Assembly (NCBI RefSeq): GCF_004010195.1
Contig: NC_057719.1
Span: 94,818,299-94,882,298 of the forward strand
Source: Chiloscyllium plagiosum
Taxonomy: Eukaryota
Direction: 5' to 3'
Length of the DNA: 64,000 bases
The notes under the pieces are model-generated. The model saw nothing but the letters and a program-made list of their open reading frames with translations. It was not told where the DNA came from and did no database searches. Positions within the stretch are counted from its first letter, which is position 1; each line of letters opens with the position of its first letter. The position numbers and the translations under genes were made by a program. This document shows, piece after piece, positions 38,586 to 50,376 of the stretch.

Positions 38586-39870
38586 TCATCATCCAGAAAG
38601 AAGTAAGTTGATTAGGGATAGTCAGCACGGTTTTGTGACGGGTCGGTCATGCCTCACAAACCTTATTGAGTTCTTTGGGAAGGTGACCAAACAGGTGGAT
38701 GAGGGTAAAGCAGTTGAAGTGGTGTATATAGATTTCAGTAACTATTTGTTAAGGTTCCCCATGGTGAACTATTGCACAAAATACGGTGGCATGGGATTGA
38801 GGGTGATTTAGCGATTTGGATTAGAAATTGGATAGTTAAAAGAAGACAGAGGGTGTTGGTTGATGGGAAATATTCATCATGGAGTTCAGTTACTAGTGGC
38901 ATACTGCAACAATCTGTTCTGAGACCACTGCTGTTTGTCATTTTTATAAATGACCTGGGTGATAGTGTATAAGGATGGGTTAGTAAATTTGCAGATGACA
39001 CTAAGGTCAGTGGAGTTGTGGATAGTCCCGAAGGATGTTGCAGGTTATAGAGGTGCATAGATAAGCTGCAGAGCTGGGCTGAGAGGTGGCAAATGGAGCT
39101 TAATGCAGATAATTGTGAGGTGATTCACTTTGAAGGAGCAACAGGAATAAAGAGTACTGGACTAATGGTAATATTCTTGGTAGTGTAGATGAGCAGAGAG
39201 ATCTCAGTGTCCATGAAAGTTGCCACCCAGTTTGATAGGGCTGTTAAGAAGGCATACGGTGTGTTAACTTTTATTGGTAGAAGGATTGAGTTTCGGAGCC
39301 ATGAGGTCATGTTGCAATTGTGCAAAACTCTGATGCGGTCGCACTTAGAGCATTGCGTACAGTTCTGGTCACCGCATTATAGGAAGGATGTGGAAGCATT
39401 GGAAAGGGTTCAGAGCAGATTTACTGTTGCCTGGTATGGAAGGACTGTTTTATGAGGAAAGGCTGAGGGACTTGAGGATGTTTTTGTTAGAGAGAAGAAG
39501 GTTGAGATGCAACTTAATTGAGACATATAAGATAATCAGAGGGTTAGATAAGGTGGACAATGAGAGCCTTTTTCCTCGAATGGTGATGGCTAGCATGAGG
39601 GGGCATAGCTTTAAATTGAGCAGTGACAGATAAAGGACAGATGTCAGAGGTAGTTTCTTCACTCAGAGAGTTATCGGGACATGGAATGCACTTCCTGCAA
39701 CCATAGTAGACTCGCCAACTTTAAGGACATTTAAATGGTCATTGGATAAACATATGGATGAAAATAGAATAGTGTAGGTTAGATGGGCTTCAGATTGGTT
39801 CCACAGGTTGGAGTGACATCAAGGGCCCAAGGGCATGTTCTGTGCTGTAATGTTCTATGTTCTAGGTTCT
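38586..39870 (+). mobile_element. CR1/HER1 LINE inserted in the Copia fossil
   Basis: SQHGFVTGRSCLTNL, KFADDTK intact, HCVQFWSPHY, and a TTCTATG tail. Confidence 0.92.
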
Positions 39871-40341
39871 AAATTCTACCATTAATCAGATAATAACAAG
39901 TTGAGTTGTGAGGTTTAACTTGTTTACTTGAGGGGTCTTATTTTGGTCACTGTATGCAATAAAGTTAACTCATCTTTTCAGTACTCGATTGTCTGTGAGT
40001 TGTTTCAGAAAGTAGCAGAATTAAAGGTAACGTGTGGTGATTTACCAACAAAAAATGTTTTTGACAATTTTGACAAGCATGGGAATACACTAAAAGAATG
40101 AATCCCAGATATTTTTAATACCTAAAATATCCTATTTTTAGGTATTATTGAAAATGCCACATGGCATGAATTGTTACAAACAGTTTTTGGAATGGAATAT
40201 TCTGAGGAAGAAGATAGACTGATGAATTAAAGAGACAAGATTGAATTGACCACATGAAGTTTCAGGCCAGTGATAAGTATTTTACTGTCATATTTGTTTT
40301 ATTAGACAGCAGATATACGTTACTACATTACATGAAATAAA

Positions 40342-40644
40342 TGGGCGGCACGGTGGCACAGTGGTTAGCACTGCTGCCTCACAGCGCCAGTGACCCGGGT
40401 TCAATTCCCGCCTCAGGCGACTGACTGTGTGGAGTTTGCACGTTCTCCCCGTGTCTGCNNNNNNNNNNNNNNNNNNNNNNNNNNNNNNNNNNNNNNNNNN
40501 NNNNNNNNNNNNNNNNNNNNNNNNNNNNNNNNNNNNNNNNNNNNNNNNNNNNNNNNNNNNNNNNNNNNNNNNNNNNNNNNNNNNNNNNNNNNNNNNNNNN
40601 NNNNNNNNNNNNNNNNNNNNNNNNNTAGGGAATCTAATCTAATC
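40342..40644 (+). mobile_element. HE1-type SINE spanning N gap 40459-40625
   Basis: Head gggcggcacggtggcacagtggttagc and tail aatctaatctaatc. Confidence 0.85.
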
Positions 40645-40845
40645 ATAAATTTAGAGATGAGTGTGCCAACATGAACATTATACTTATGAATATAGCAGCA
40701 GAAAGCCCTTTTAGCAAGGAGATATGTGAAAGCGACCTTATAATTCCAGACAAAGTGGTCCACAACATTTTGGTAGATTAGCCAAACTGTAAATTATTAG
40801 CTACATTAGCACATTCTGTCCAAGATAAGAAATTGTGCAAAGGAT

Positions 40846-41225
40846 ATGCAGCCCTTTGATTCGCACCACATCCACAAACATCCATTTCCTCTACCGTTGA
40901 TACGCAGTAGCAACAATGTGTACTATCTACAAGATGCAGTGCAGAAATTCATCTCAGATCCTCAGACAGCACCTTCCAAACCACTTTCATCTAGGACAAG
41001 GGTAACACATAGATGGGAACACCATCCCTGCAAATTCCCACCCAGGTCACTCACTATCCTGACTTGGAAATATATCGTCATTCCTTCAGTGTCGCTGGAT
41101 CAAAACCTACTGCACATGGACTACAGCAGAAAAAGGTTGCTCACCATCACCTTCTCAAGAGCAAGTAGAGACAGACAATAAATGCTGATCCATCTAGAAA
41201 CACACCCATTCCACAAGTGAATATA
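40846..41225 (+). mobile_element. LINE-derived 3' fragment inserted in the Copia integrase region
   Basis: Reverse-complement similarity to 42895-43270. Confidence 0.6.
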
Positions 41226-42894
41226 AAAAGGTCGACATCATTTATGTTTTGGAAGAAATCTGAAAATTCTGTCTGTAATAAGTGATCAGCCTCCACCCTA
41301 GGAAGGGATTATGATTAATTACTCTTCTTTCAATCTTTCAAATTCACAAACACAACAGTTTCGAAGAAAACTTAGCATTGGAAGCAAAATTGATAAGCAT
41401 TAGGACATAATAAAAGGCCAATGGAAGACAGTTTCAAACAGAGATACATTTTTATTATTCGTTAGATTGTGCAATAATCACACACCAAGACTGAACAGGG
41501 CAGAAAGCTGTGATGTTCTGATAACTGCTGCCATGTGACAAGATTATGAGATGGACATGGAAACCACATGTCATCTTTGATTGCCCAATGCCAGATTTAC
41601 ACAATTATTTATTTTTTTAAACAACTTTTAAAGAATGGAGAGGCTTGGGAAGGGTTATGCTAAAGAGAGAAAAATAACAGACTGTTTACACTCTTGAAGT
41701 TTGCTGGGTATATATTACAAATTTTCGGATTCCGAGTAATTGGAAGTAATAAGAAGTCAAATCTGTCTCAAGGCCATTGGCAGCATTAGCTATAAGCACC
41801 TGACTGTTGTAATTCGGAGCTTGTTAGATGAGGGACAAGTGAATTCTAATGATCATAAAGAGGTCATCAGTCCCAAAGGACAATTGTGAATACTAGAGTC
41901 AAACATTCATCAGAAGGGGCTAATCATTGGACAGATATGAGTATTATAGAGAGAGAGAGGGGGAAGGTTACAGGAAAATGTAACAGTGAGTTTAAAGTAT
42001 AGGATGTTTGGTTTGTGGATAGCAGGCAAGAAAACTGTGTAAGCTCAGGTATAGCTCTATGAGAGAACGTGTCTCTTGGAAGAAATTGCAAACTGTGGAA
42101 AGGAATCCCTTTAAAAAGAAGATTTAAACACAGTACAAGTCTGGAAAGAGAGAGAGCCCAAAGCTGAACAAGGTCAAGAATATAGTAGAGATCAGGAATG
42201 CTGCAAGGAGCAACAAGTCTTATTGCCTATGAACACAAGAGAAGACAAAATAATAAAAGTTGTCAAATTGCAAGAATTACAAAGCTGGAGAGAATTTGAG
42301 GTGTGTCGGATAGGGGACCCACAGCCCTCTGCAGAGCTGAATATAGATGGACTTGACTTCTGATGGAGCTTATAAAGATAAAGCAAAGATAATGGCACAA
42401 GGCTTTGAAAGAAAAGCTGAGGAACCAAGAAATGAGCAAATTCACTTGTGGCAGGAAAAGAAATTTTGAAAATTTTCATGGTTTTGTTAACAAAAATGAT
42501 TTAAAATGTAAATCAATTGATGTTGAAGTTGCATTTCTGCAAAGGTCAGCTCACAAGGAATAAAAGTCAAAATAACTGTGCATGTGTAAATCAGAAACAA
42601 AAAACAGAAGTAGCTGGAAAAGCTCAGCAGGTCTGGGAGCATCTGTGAGGTGAAATCCGAGATAATGTTTCAGGTCCGGTGACCCTTTCTCAGAATTCGA
42701 AAGAAATGTTTCTTCACCCTCCAAAACAGACACCAAATACAATAGAGACAGTCTATTTTAAATAAATGTGCAATTCACCTAAATTGTGCCTGTGCAATTT
42801 GTTACTTCTCAGTAAGGTCAGTTTTATTAAAATTGGACTGTCTCCAGTTGAAGACAGAACTTGTCATGTCACCATGGGGTCAACCTGTTTTAAA

Positions 42895-43670
42895 ATATTC
42901 ACTCACAGGATGTGGGTGTCGCTGGCTGGCCAGCGTCTATTGTCTGTCCCTTGTTGCCCCTGGAAATGTGGTGGTACTGAGCTGCCTCCTTGAACCACTG
43001 CAGACCATGTGCTATAAATAGACCTACAATGCCATTAAGGAGGGAATTCCAGGGTTTTGACCCAGCTACATTGAAGAAACAGCGATATATTTCCAAGTCA
43101 GGATGCTGAGTAGCTTCGAGGGAAAATTATAGGTGGTGGTGTTCACAGGTATCTGCTGTCCTTGTCCTTCTAGATGGAATTGGTTGTAGGTTTGGAAGGT
43201 GCTGTTTAAAGTGCCTTGAATGGTGCTTGTAGATGGCACAGACCATTGTTGCTGAGTGTCAGTGGTGGAGCAAGTGAACGTTGGTGATGTGATGCCAATT
43301 AAGTTGACTGCTTTGCCTTGGATGGCGTTAAGCTTCTTGAATGTTGTTGGAGCTGCACTCATCAGGCAAGTGGAGAGTATTCCCTCACACTCCTGACATA
43401 TGCCTTGTAGATGGTGGACAGACTTTGAGAAGTCAGGAGATGAGTTACTCACCACTCCTAGTCTCTGACTTGCTGTTACAGCCACTGTGTTTATGTGGTG
43501 AGTCCAGTTCAATTTGTGGTCAATGGTAACCCCTAGTTACCATTGATAGTGGATTCAGTGATGGTTATGCCATTAAATATCAAAAGGTTATGATTAGATT
43601 CTCTCCTGTAGAAGATGGTCATGCCTGGCATCTGTCAGGTGGAAATATTACTTGCCACTTTTCAGTTCAA
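42895..43670 (-). mobile_element. LINE (L2/CR1-clade) RT C-terminal fragment
   Basis: ORF 43066-43512 NWTHHINTVAVTASQRLG...SAAPTTFKKLNAIQGKA. Confidence 0.7.
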
Positions 43671-43843
43671 ACCACATTGAAAAGTAATATTCCCATCTCC
43701 TGTGTGGCAGGCAATGACCATTAGGTCAGGACTGAGGAATTTTGCTGCAGACTGTACAATGTTCAGCACCATTCACAATGCAAAACAAAAGCCAATAAAC
43801 TGCGGATGCTGGAAATTAGAAGCAAAGACAGAAAACAACATTA

Positions 43844-44210
43844 GGAAAAAGTGAGGATTGCAGATGCTACAGATTAGAGTTGAGAGTGTGGAGCTGGAAA
43901 AGCACAGCAGGTCAGGCAGCATCCGAGGAGCAGGAGAATTGACGTTTCGGGCATAGCCCTTTATTAGGGAAGAGGCTGTGAGCCAAGGGGGTGGAGAGAT
44001 AATTGGGAGGGGGTGGGGCTGGGGAGAAGGCAGCTGAGAATGTGATAGGTAGATGAAGGTGAGGGGTGAAGGTGATAGGTCAGAGGGGAGGGTGGAATGG
44101 ATAGTCAGGAAGAAAGAAGGACAGATCATGGGGGCGGTGCTGACATGGAAGGTTGGATATGGGATAAGGTGCGGGAGGGGAAATGGGGAAATTGGTGAAA
44201 TCCACATTGA
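43844..44210 (-). mobile_element. PLE 3' end / pLTR
   Basis: Reverse complement of the pLTR family at 5955-6342. Confidence 0.8.
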
Positions 44211-44212
44211 TG

Positions 44213-45372
44213 ACAGGACTTACAGAGAGGTAGTCACTCCCCAGATAAAAGAAAAAGACAGATGGGTGACAGTTGGGGACAGAAAGGGAACTGGCAGGCA
44301 GTGCAGGGATCCCCTGTGGCCATTCCCCTCAACAATAAGTATACTGTTTTGGATACTGTTGGGNNNNNNNNNNNNNNNNNNNNNNNNNNNNNNNNNNNNN
44401 NNNNNNNNNNNNNNNNNNNNNNNNNNNNNNNNNNNNNNNNNNNNNNNNNNNNNNNNNGTGGTCCACATTGGCACCAACGACATAGGTCAGAAGAGAGGTG
44501 GGGACTTGAGGCAGAAATTCAGGGAGTTAGGATGGAAGCTTAGAGCTAGGACAAACAGAGTTGTTTTCTCTGGTTTGGTGCCCGTGCCACGTGCTAGTGA
44601 GGTGAAGAATAGGGAGAGAAAGGAGTTGAACATGTGGCTACAGGGATGGTGCAGGAGGGAGGGTTTCGGGTTTTTGGATAATTGAGCTCTTCTGGGGTAG
44701 GTGGGACCTCTACAAGCAGAATGGTCTTCATCTGAACCAGAGGGGGACCAATATCCTGGGGGGGAAATTCGCTAAAGCTATTAAGGTGGATTTAAACTAA
44801 TACAGCAGGGGGATGGGAACCAAAATTGTAGGACAGGTACAAAAGAGGATGAGAGTAGGGAGTTCCCAAATCAAATACCTGACACTGGCAAGTGAGAACC
44901 TGGTTTGAAGTGTGTATACTTCAACGCGAGGAGCATCCGAAATAAAGTGGGTGAACTGGCAGCGTGGGTTGGTACCTGGAACTTCGATGTTGTGGCCATT
45001 ACTGAGACATGGATGGACAAGGTAACGAGAGGTATGGATAGAGTCAATCGCCAGAGACTTTTCCCCAGGGCAGGATTAACTGGTAGTAGGGGTCATAGAT
45101 TTAAGATATTAGGAGGAAGGTATAAAGGAGACGTCAGAGGTAGGTTCTTTACGCAGAGAGTTGTGAATACATGGAATGTGTTGCCAGCGGTGATGGTGGA
45201 AGCAGAGTCATAAGGGACCTTTAACAACTGCTGGACATGCACATGGACAGCAGTGAGTTGAGGGGTGCATAGATTAGGGTATTTTATTTTTAGATTAGGA
45301 ATAATCCTTGGCACAATATCATGGGCCAAAGGACCTGTTCTGTGCTGTACTTTTCTATGTTCTATGTTCTAT
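44213..45372 (+). mobile_element. CR1 LINE with ORF1 SGNH/GDSL esterase domain and ORF2 start joined to ORF2 end
   Basis: VVHIGTNDIG, VVFSGLVPVPR, LNMWLQGWCRREGFGFLDN and NGLHLNQRG (esterase). The APE start CVYFNARSIRNK...VVAITETW (44905-45012) runs directly into the ORF2 C-terminus RGRFFTQRVVNTWN, followed by a TTCTATG tail. Confidence 0.88.
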
Positions 45373-46069
45373 TTAAAAGGCATCTGGACAAATATATGAA
45401 TAGGAAGGGTTTAGAGGGATATTGGACTATATGGCAAACGGGACTAGATTAATATAGGATATCTGGTCGGCATTGACGAGTTGGATTGAAGGGTCTGTTT
45501 CCATGCTGTATATCTCTATGGCTCTATGACTCTATTAGATGTCAGGAATGTAAAATGTATTGTCATTGGTGATGCTTCTTGTACAAATCTGCATGTTGGC
45601 AAGTGGAGGAAGGGTTATCATCCTTTGGGAGAGGGAGGTAAATATTGCCCTTTAGCTTGGGAAGATGAAAAGATCTAAAGAGTCTGGCCTACATGTGACT
45701 CCATACACAATGGCTGTCTCCTAACTACCATCTGAAATGGCTGAGCAAGTTACTCAATTCCTGTGTAATTAGAGATCGCAATGCTGCTGACATCATCTGA
45801 AAGATTTTTTTTAAAAGTATCCCAATTACAAAACTTTTCAACACCAAGTCATAGTCCAGCAAATTTATTTGGAAACACTAGCTGCCAAATAAACCTGTTG
45901 GACTGTAATCTGATGTTGTGTGATTTTTAACTTTGTCCACCCCAGTCCAACCCCAGCATCTCCAAATCACAAAAAGTTTTGTTCTTCTTGAGGTAGTGGA
46001 TACAGCATTTACTAGTGAAAATATTAGAAGAAATTTTAAAAAGGGATTCAGTAACAATGGTTCTTGTAA

Positions 46070-46410
46070 TTAAAGGATATTGAGAGGTTTTGGTGAATCC
46101 TGACATTTAGGATGAAATCCAAAATCCCAAACCAGAGGTCAGAGTTTAAGAACACGGGGTAAACCTTTTAGGAATGAGATAAGGTGAAATGTCTTCACGC
46201 AAATGGTGAGCCTATGGAATTCACTGTCACAGAAAGTGGCTGAGGCCAAAACATTGTGTTTTCACGAAGGAGTTAGATATTGCTCTTGTGGCTAAAGGGT
46301 AAAGAGACATAGGAGGAGAGCAGAATTAGGATATCAAACTCGATGGTCAACCATGACCATACTGAATGGTGGAGCACATTTGAGAGGTTGAATGGCATCC
46401 TCTTGCTCCT
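46070..46410 (+). mobile_element. CR1 LINE 3' fragment
   Basis: KTRGQSLRTRGKPFRNEIR.NVFTQMVSLWNSL. Confidence 0.7.
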
Positions 46411-46411
46411 G

Positions 46412-46670
46412 TCCCTACTGCTCTACATTTACCCCAGACTAATACACCTAACCTACACATCCCTGAACACGATGGGCAATTTTAACACAGCCAATTCACC
46501 TAACCTGCACATCTTTGGACTGTGGGAGGAAACTAGAGCACCCGGAGGAAACCCATGCAGACACAGGGAGAATGTGCAAATTCCCCACAGACAGTCGCCT
46601 GAGGCTGGAACCGAAACCAGGTCCCTAGTGCTGAGGCAGCAGTGTTAACCATTGAGTTACCGTGCCACTC
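46412..46670 (-). mobile_element. HE1-type SINE
   Basis: Reverse complement of the HE1 head and body. Confidence 0.85.
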
Positions 46671-47661
46671 CATTCTGTACAGAAATATCATTTAGTCAAT
46701 ACTCATATTGATAAGAGTCTCAGGACAATTATAAACATATGGATTTAGATTGAAAATGTATCTACATGGCTCAGTAGTGACACGTTTGTAGCTCAGATAG
46801 AGATGGTGTGTTCAAGCCGTACTCCCGGTCTGAACACTCAATCCAAGTTGCTAGTGTCATACTGAGAGATGTGACGTTGTTTGAGGTATTACACTCTTAG
46901 GCTTGTTAAACCGAAACACTATATGGCTGTTCAATCACATTTTTTCAAAACAGAAAGGTTTTCCAATATTCTGGTCAACAATATCAAACCCGATTAATTG
47001 GTGGTTCATCGCAACGCTTTTGATTTGGCTTGCTCTGTGAAAACTGATTTACATTTGTCTAAAAGATTGAATGGCCACACTTCCACAGCCAATGAATTAC
47101 ACTTGGAAATATACTGAAGACATCATATATATGATGCAAGTACAAGTTCTTCATTTCTTTGGATGTGAGAATGAGCCTGATATTAGACACAAAGCATCAG
47201 CACAAACAAGTAAGATATTAATTTCTTCTAATGGTATATTGTGAACTATTGAATATCTGGTGCCATTACTCCTCCAGATACAACTGAATTGCCAATTACT
47301 GTAGAACCAACATTCTTAGTTATGAATGTCAGCAATGTACATTTTGTGCTTTCTTCAATTGCATGTGGCCAATGTGGGTTCTCTGTTCATACTGATCTTA
47401 ATTCGCATATTCAGCATTTAAGTAAACTGTAGTAACTTTTTTGAAAATAATTTGATTGTCTGATTTGCACCCTCACTGTTCACTGGAGTCGTAACAGATG
47501 ATTGGATGGTGGCAAATGTTATTCCCTTGTTCAAGAAAGGGAACAGGGACAACCCTGGGAATTACAAACCAGTCAGTCTTATGTCAATGGTGGGCAAATA
47601 AGGAGAGGAATCTGAGAGACAGGATTGATGATTATTTCAAAAAGCATAGCTTGATTAGAGA

Positions 47662-49409
47662 TAGTTAAAAAATTACACAACACCAGGTTATAGTCCAACA
47701 GGTTTATTTGGAAGCTCTAGCTTTCAGAGTGCTGCTCCTTCATCAGGTGATTGTGGGGAATAAGACCATAAGGCACAGAATTTAAAGCAAAGTATTACAG
47801 TGTCTTGCAACTGAAATGATAAATTGAACAAACATGGATTGTTGTTAAGTCTTTCATCATTTACAAAGGGTTACAGGTTTCAGTTCATTAATATGTAAAT
47901 CCCAGAACATTATTTAAGTTACCTTCTCAAGATAATTTAAGATTTTATAACAAAAGGTGACATCTCAGCTCAGACAATGCATTAGAGGTGCGAGATTAGA
48001 GTCTGTCTGTATCCCAATCTTGGGTCAGACTGGTTCTATATCCCAAAGTGGAATTTATAAAATAGATTTACTGCCTACAGGTTGTGCATTTTTGAGCAAA
48101 ATAGAGTGTATCTGCAAGTATAATTCTGCAAATTCAAAATTCACCCCATAGACTTATATGTATGTGCACGTGCATGAGAGAGAGAGAGTGAGTGTGTGCA
48201 TGTGAGTGTGAGTGCAAGTGAGACAGTGTGCATTTGCATGTGTGAAAGCTTGGTAAAGTGTGTGTGTGTGGGTGTGATGGAGTATAAGCCTGTGAGAGAG
48301 TCTGTGCGTGTGTGTGTGTGTGAGAGAGTGTTTTGTGTAGTGGGGTCACCTGTAGTGTGAGATGAATCCAAGGCCCCGGTTGAGGCCATCCCCATGGGTA
48401 CGGAACTTGGCTATCAGCTTCTGCTCAGCCACTTTGCGGTTATTGCCTCCACCTTGGAGGATGGTCACCGAAGATCAAAGGCCAATGTCCTAGACCGCTG
48501 AAGTGTTCCCTGACTGGGAAGGAACCAGCAGTCAGGGACATTCGGCCTCGGACCTTCAGGGGAGTATCCTCCGAGGAGTATGCAATAACATAGAGTGGCC
48601 GAGCAGAGGCTGAAAGCCCAGTTTGGTACCCATGGGAATGGCCTCAACTGGGACCTTGGGTTCATGTCACACTACAGGTGACCCCACTACACACACACAC
48701 ACACACACACCTCTCTCACAGGCTTTTTCTCCATCACACCCACACCCACACACTTTACCAAGCTTTCACACATGCAAATGCACACTCCCTCACTTGCACT
48801 CGCACTCACGTGCAATCACTCACATGTACACACTCACTCTCTCACTCTCTCTCTGCCATGCACATGCACACACATATAGGTCTATGGGGTGAAGTTGTAT
48901 TTGCAGAATTATATTTGCACATACATTCTATTTTGCTCAAAAAATGCACAACCTGCAGGCAGTCAATCCATGTAATATTTTGTAAATTCCACTTTGGAAA
49001 TAGAACCAGACTGACCCAGGATTGGGATACAGACAGACTCTAACCTAACACCTTTAATGCATTGTCTGAGCTGAGATGTCACCTTTTGTTATAAAACCTT
49101 AAGTTATCACGAGAAGGTGACTTAAATTAAGTTCTGGATTTTACATATTAATAAACTGAAACCTGTAACCCTTTGTAAATGATGAAAGACTTAACAACAA
49201 TCCAGGTTTGTTCAATTTATTATTTCAGTTACAAGACACTGTAATACTTTGCTTTAAATTCTGTGCCTATGGTCTTATTCCCCACAATCACCTGATGAAG
49301 GAGCAGCACTCTGAAAGCTAGAGCTTCCAAATAAACCTGTTGGACTATAATCTGGTATTGTGTGATTTTTAACTTTGTCCACCCCACTTCAACACTGGCT
49401 CCTCCGCAT
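47662..49409. mobile_element. Large palindromic PLE insertion (arms ~47662-48498 and ~48524-49373)
   Basis: The arms are near-identical reverse complements. 16-bp TSD cttgattagagatagt at 47650-47665 and 49410-49425. Hammerhead motif in each arm (CTGATGA at 49292). Confidence 0.92.
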
Positions 49410-50046
49410 CTTGATTAGAGATAGTCAGCATGGCTTTGTGAGGGGGGCAGGTCATGCCTCACAAGCCTTACTGAATTCTTTAAGGATGTGACGTAACACA
49501 TCGATGAAGGTAGAGCATTGGATGTGATGTATATGGACTTTGGCAAGGCATTTGATAAGGTTCACCATGGTAGGCTCATTCAGAAAGTAAGAAGACATGG
49601 GATACAGGGAAATTTGTCTGGATACAGAATCGGTTGCCCATAGAAGACAGAGGGTGATAGTTGATAGAAAGTATTCAGCCTAGAGCTCAGTGACCAGTGA
49701 TGTTCCGCAGGATCTGCTCTGGGATCTCAGCTCTTTGTGATTTCTATAAATGACTTAGAAGTGTGGGTTAGTAAGTTTGCTAATGACATGAAGGCAGGTG
49801 GAGTTGTGGATAGTGTGGAGGGTTGTTGTAGGTTGCAATGAGACATTGACAGGATGCAGAGCTGGGCTGAGAAATGGCAGATGGAGTTCAACCTGGAAGT
49901 GTTTCATTTTGGAAGGTTGAATTTAAATGCTGATTACAGGGTTAAAGACAGGATTCTTGTCAGTGTAGGGGAACAGAAGGATCTTGGAGTCCATGTCCTT
50001 AAATCCCTGTAAGTCGTCATCCAAGGTGATAGATCTGTAGGTGAGT

Positions 50047-50376
50047 GGGCGGCACAGTGGCACAGTGGTTAGCATTGCTGCCTCACAGCGCCAGAGACCC
50101 GGGTTCAATTCCCACCTCAGGCGATTGACTGTGTGGAGTTTGCACATTCTCCCCGTGTCTGCGTGGGTTTCCTCTGGGTGTTCCGGTTTCCTCCCACAGT
50201 CCAAAGATGTGCAGGTCAGGTGAATTGGCCATGCTAAATTGCCAGTAGTGTTAGGTAAGGGGTAGATGTAGGGGTATGGGTGGGTTGCGCTTCGGCGGGG
50301 CGGTGTGGACTTGTTGGGCCGAAGGGCCTGTTTCCACACTGTAAGTAATCTAATCTAATCTAATCTAATCTAATCT
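50047..50376 (+). mobile_element. HE1-type SINE
   Basis: Close match to the 17567 copy, with an (AATCT)6 tail. Confidence 0.92.

Larger units (their letters stand above)
37484..46050 (+). mobile_element. Highly degenerate Ty1/Copia LTR retrotransposon internal region (gag-PR-IN-RT-RNase H), interrupted by many younger insertions
   Basis: Collinear + strand peptide remnants. Gag: PYNLWKTRVIMWIVVTELLKKKQ (in frame from ATG 37484) and LLIFVDKMYQKDDLLTACKVWSGFDKFRK (37689). Possible protease: WILDSSRDRYCG (38545). Integrase: FRDECANMNIILMNIAAESPFSKEICE (40650), LCFGRNLKILSVISDQPPP*EG (~41240), EWRGLGRV (~41633). RT: KLQELQSWREFEV, YKDKAKIMAQGFE, KSIDVEVAFLQ (42241-42545), EMFLHPPK...YFSVRSVLLKLDC (42700-42877). 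RNase H: IVIGDASCTNL, GKYCPLAWEDEKI*RV (45535-45684), LLEVVDTAF (~45990). LTRs not found. Confidence 0.8.
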
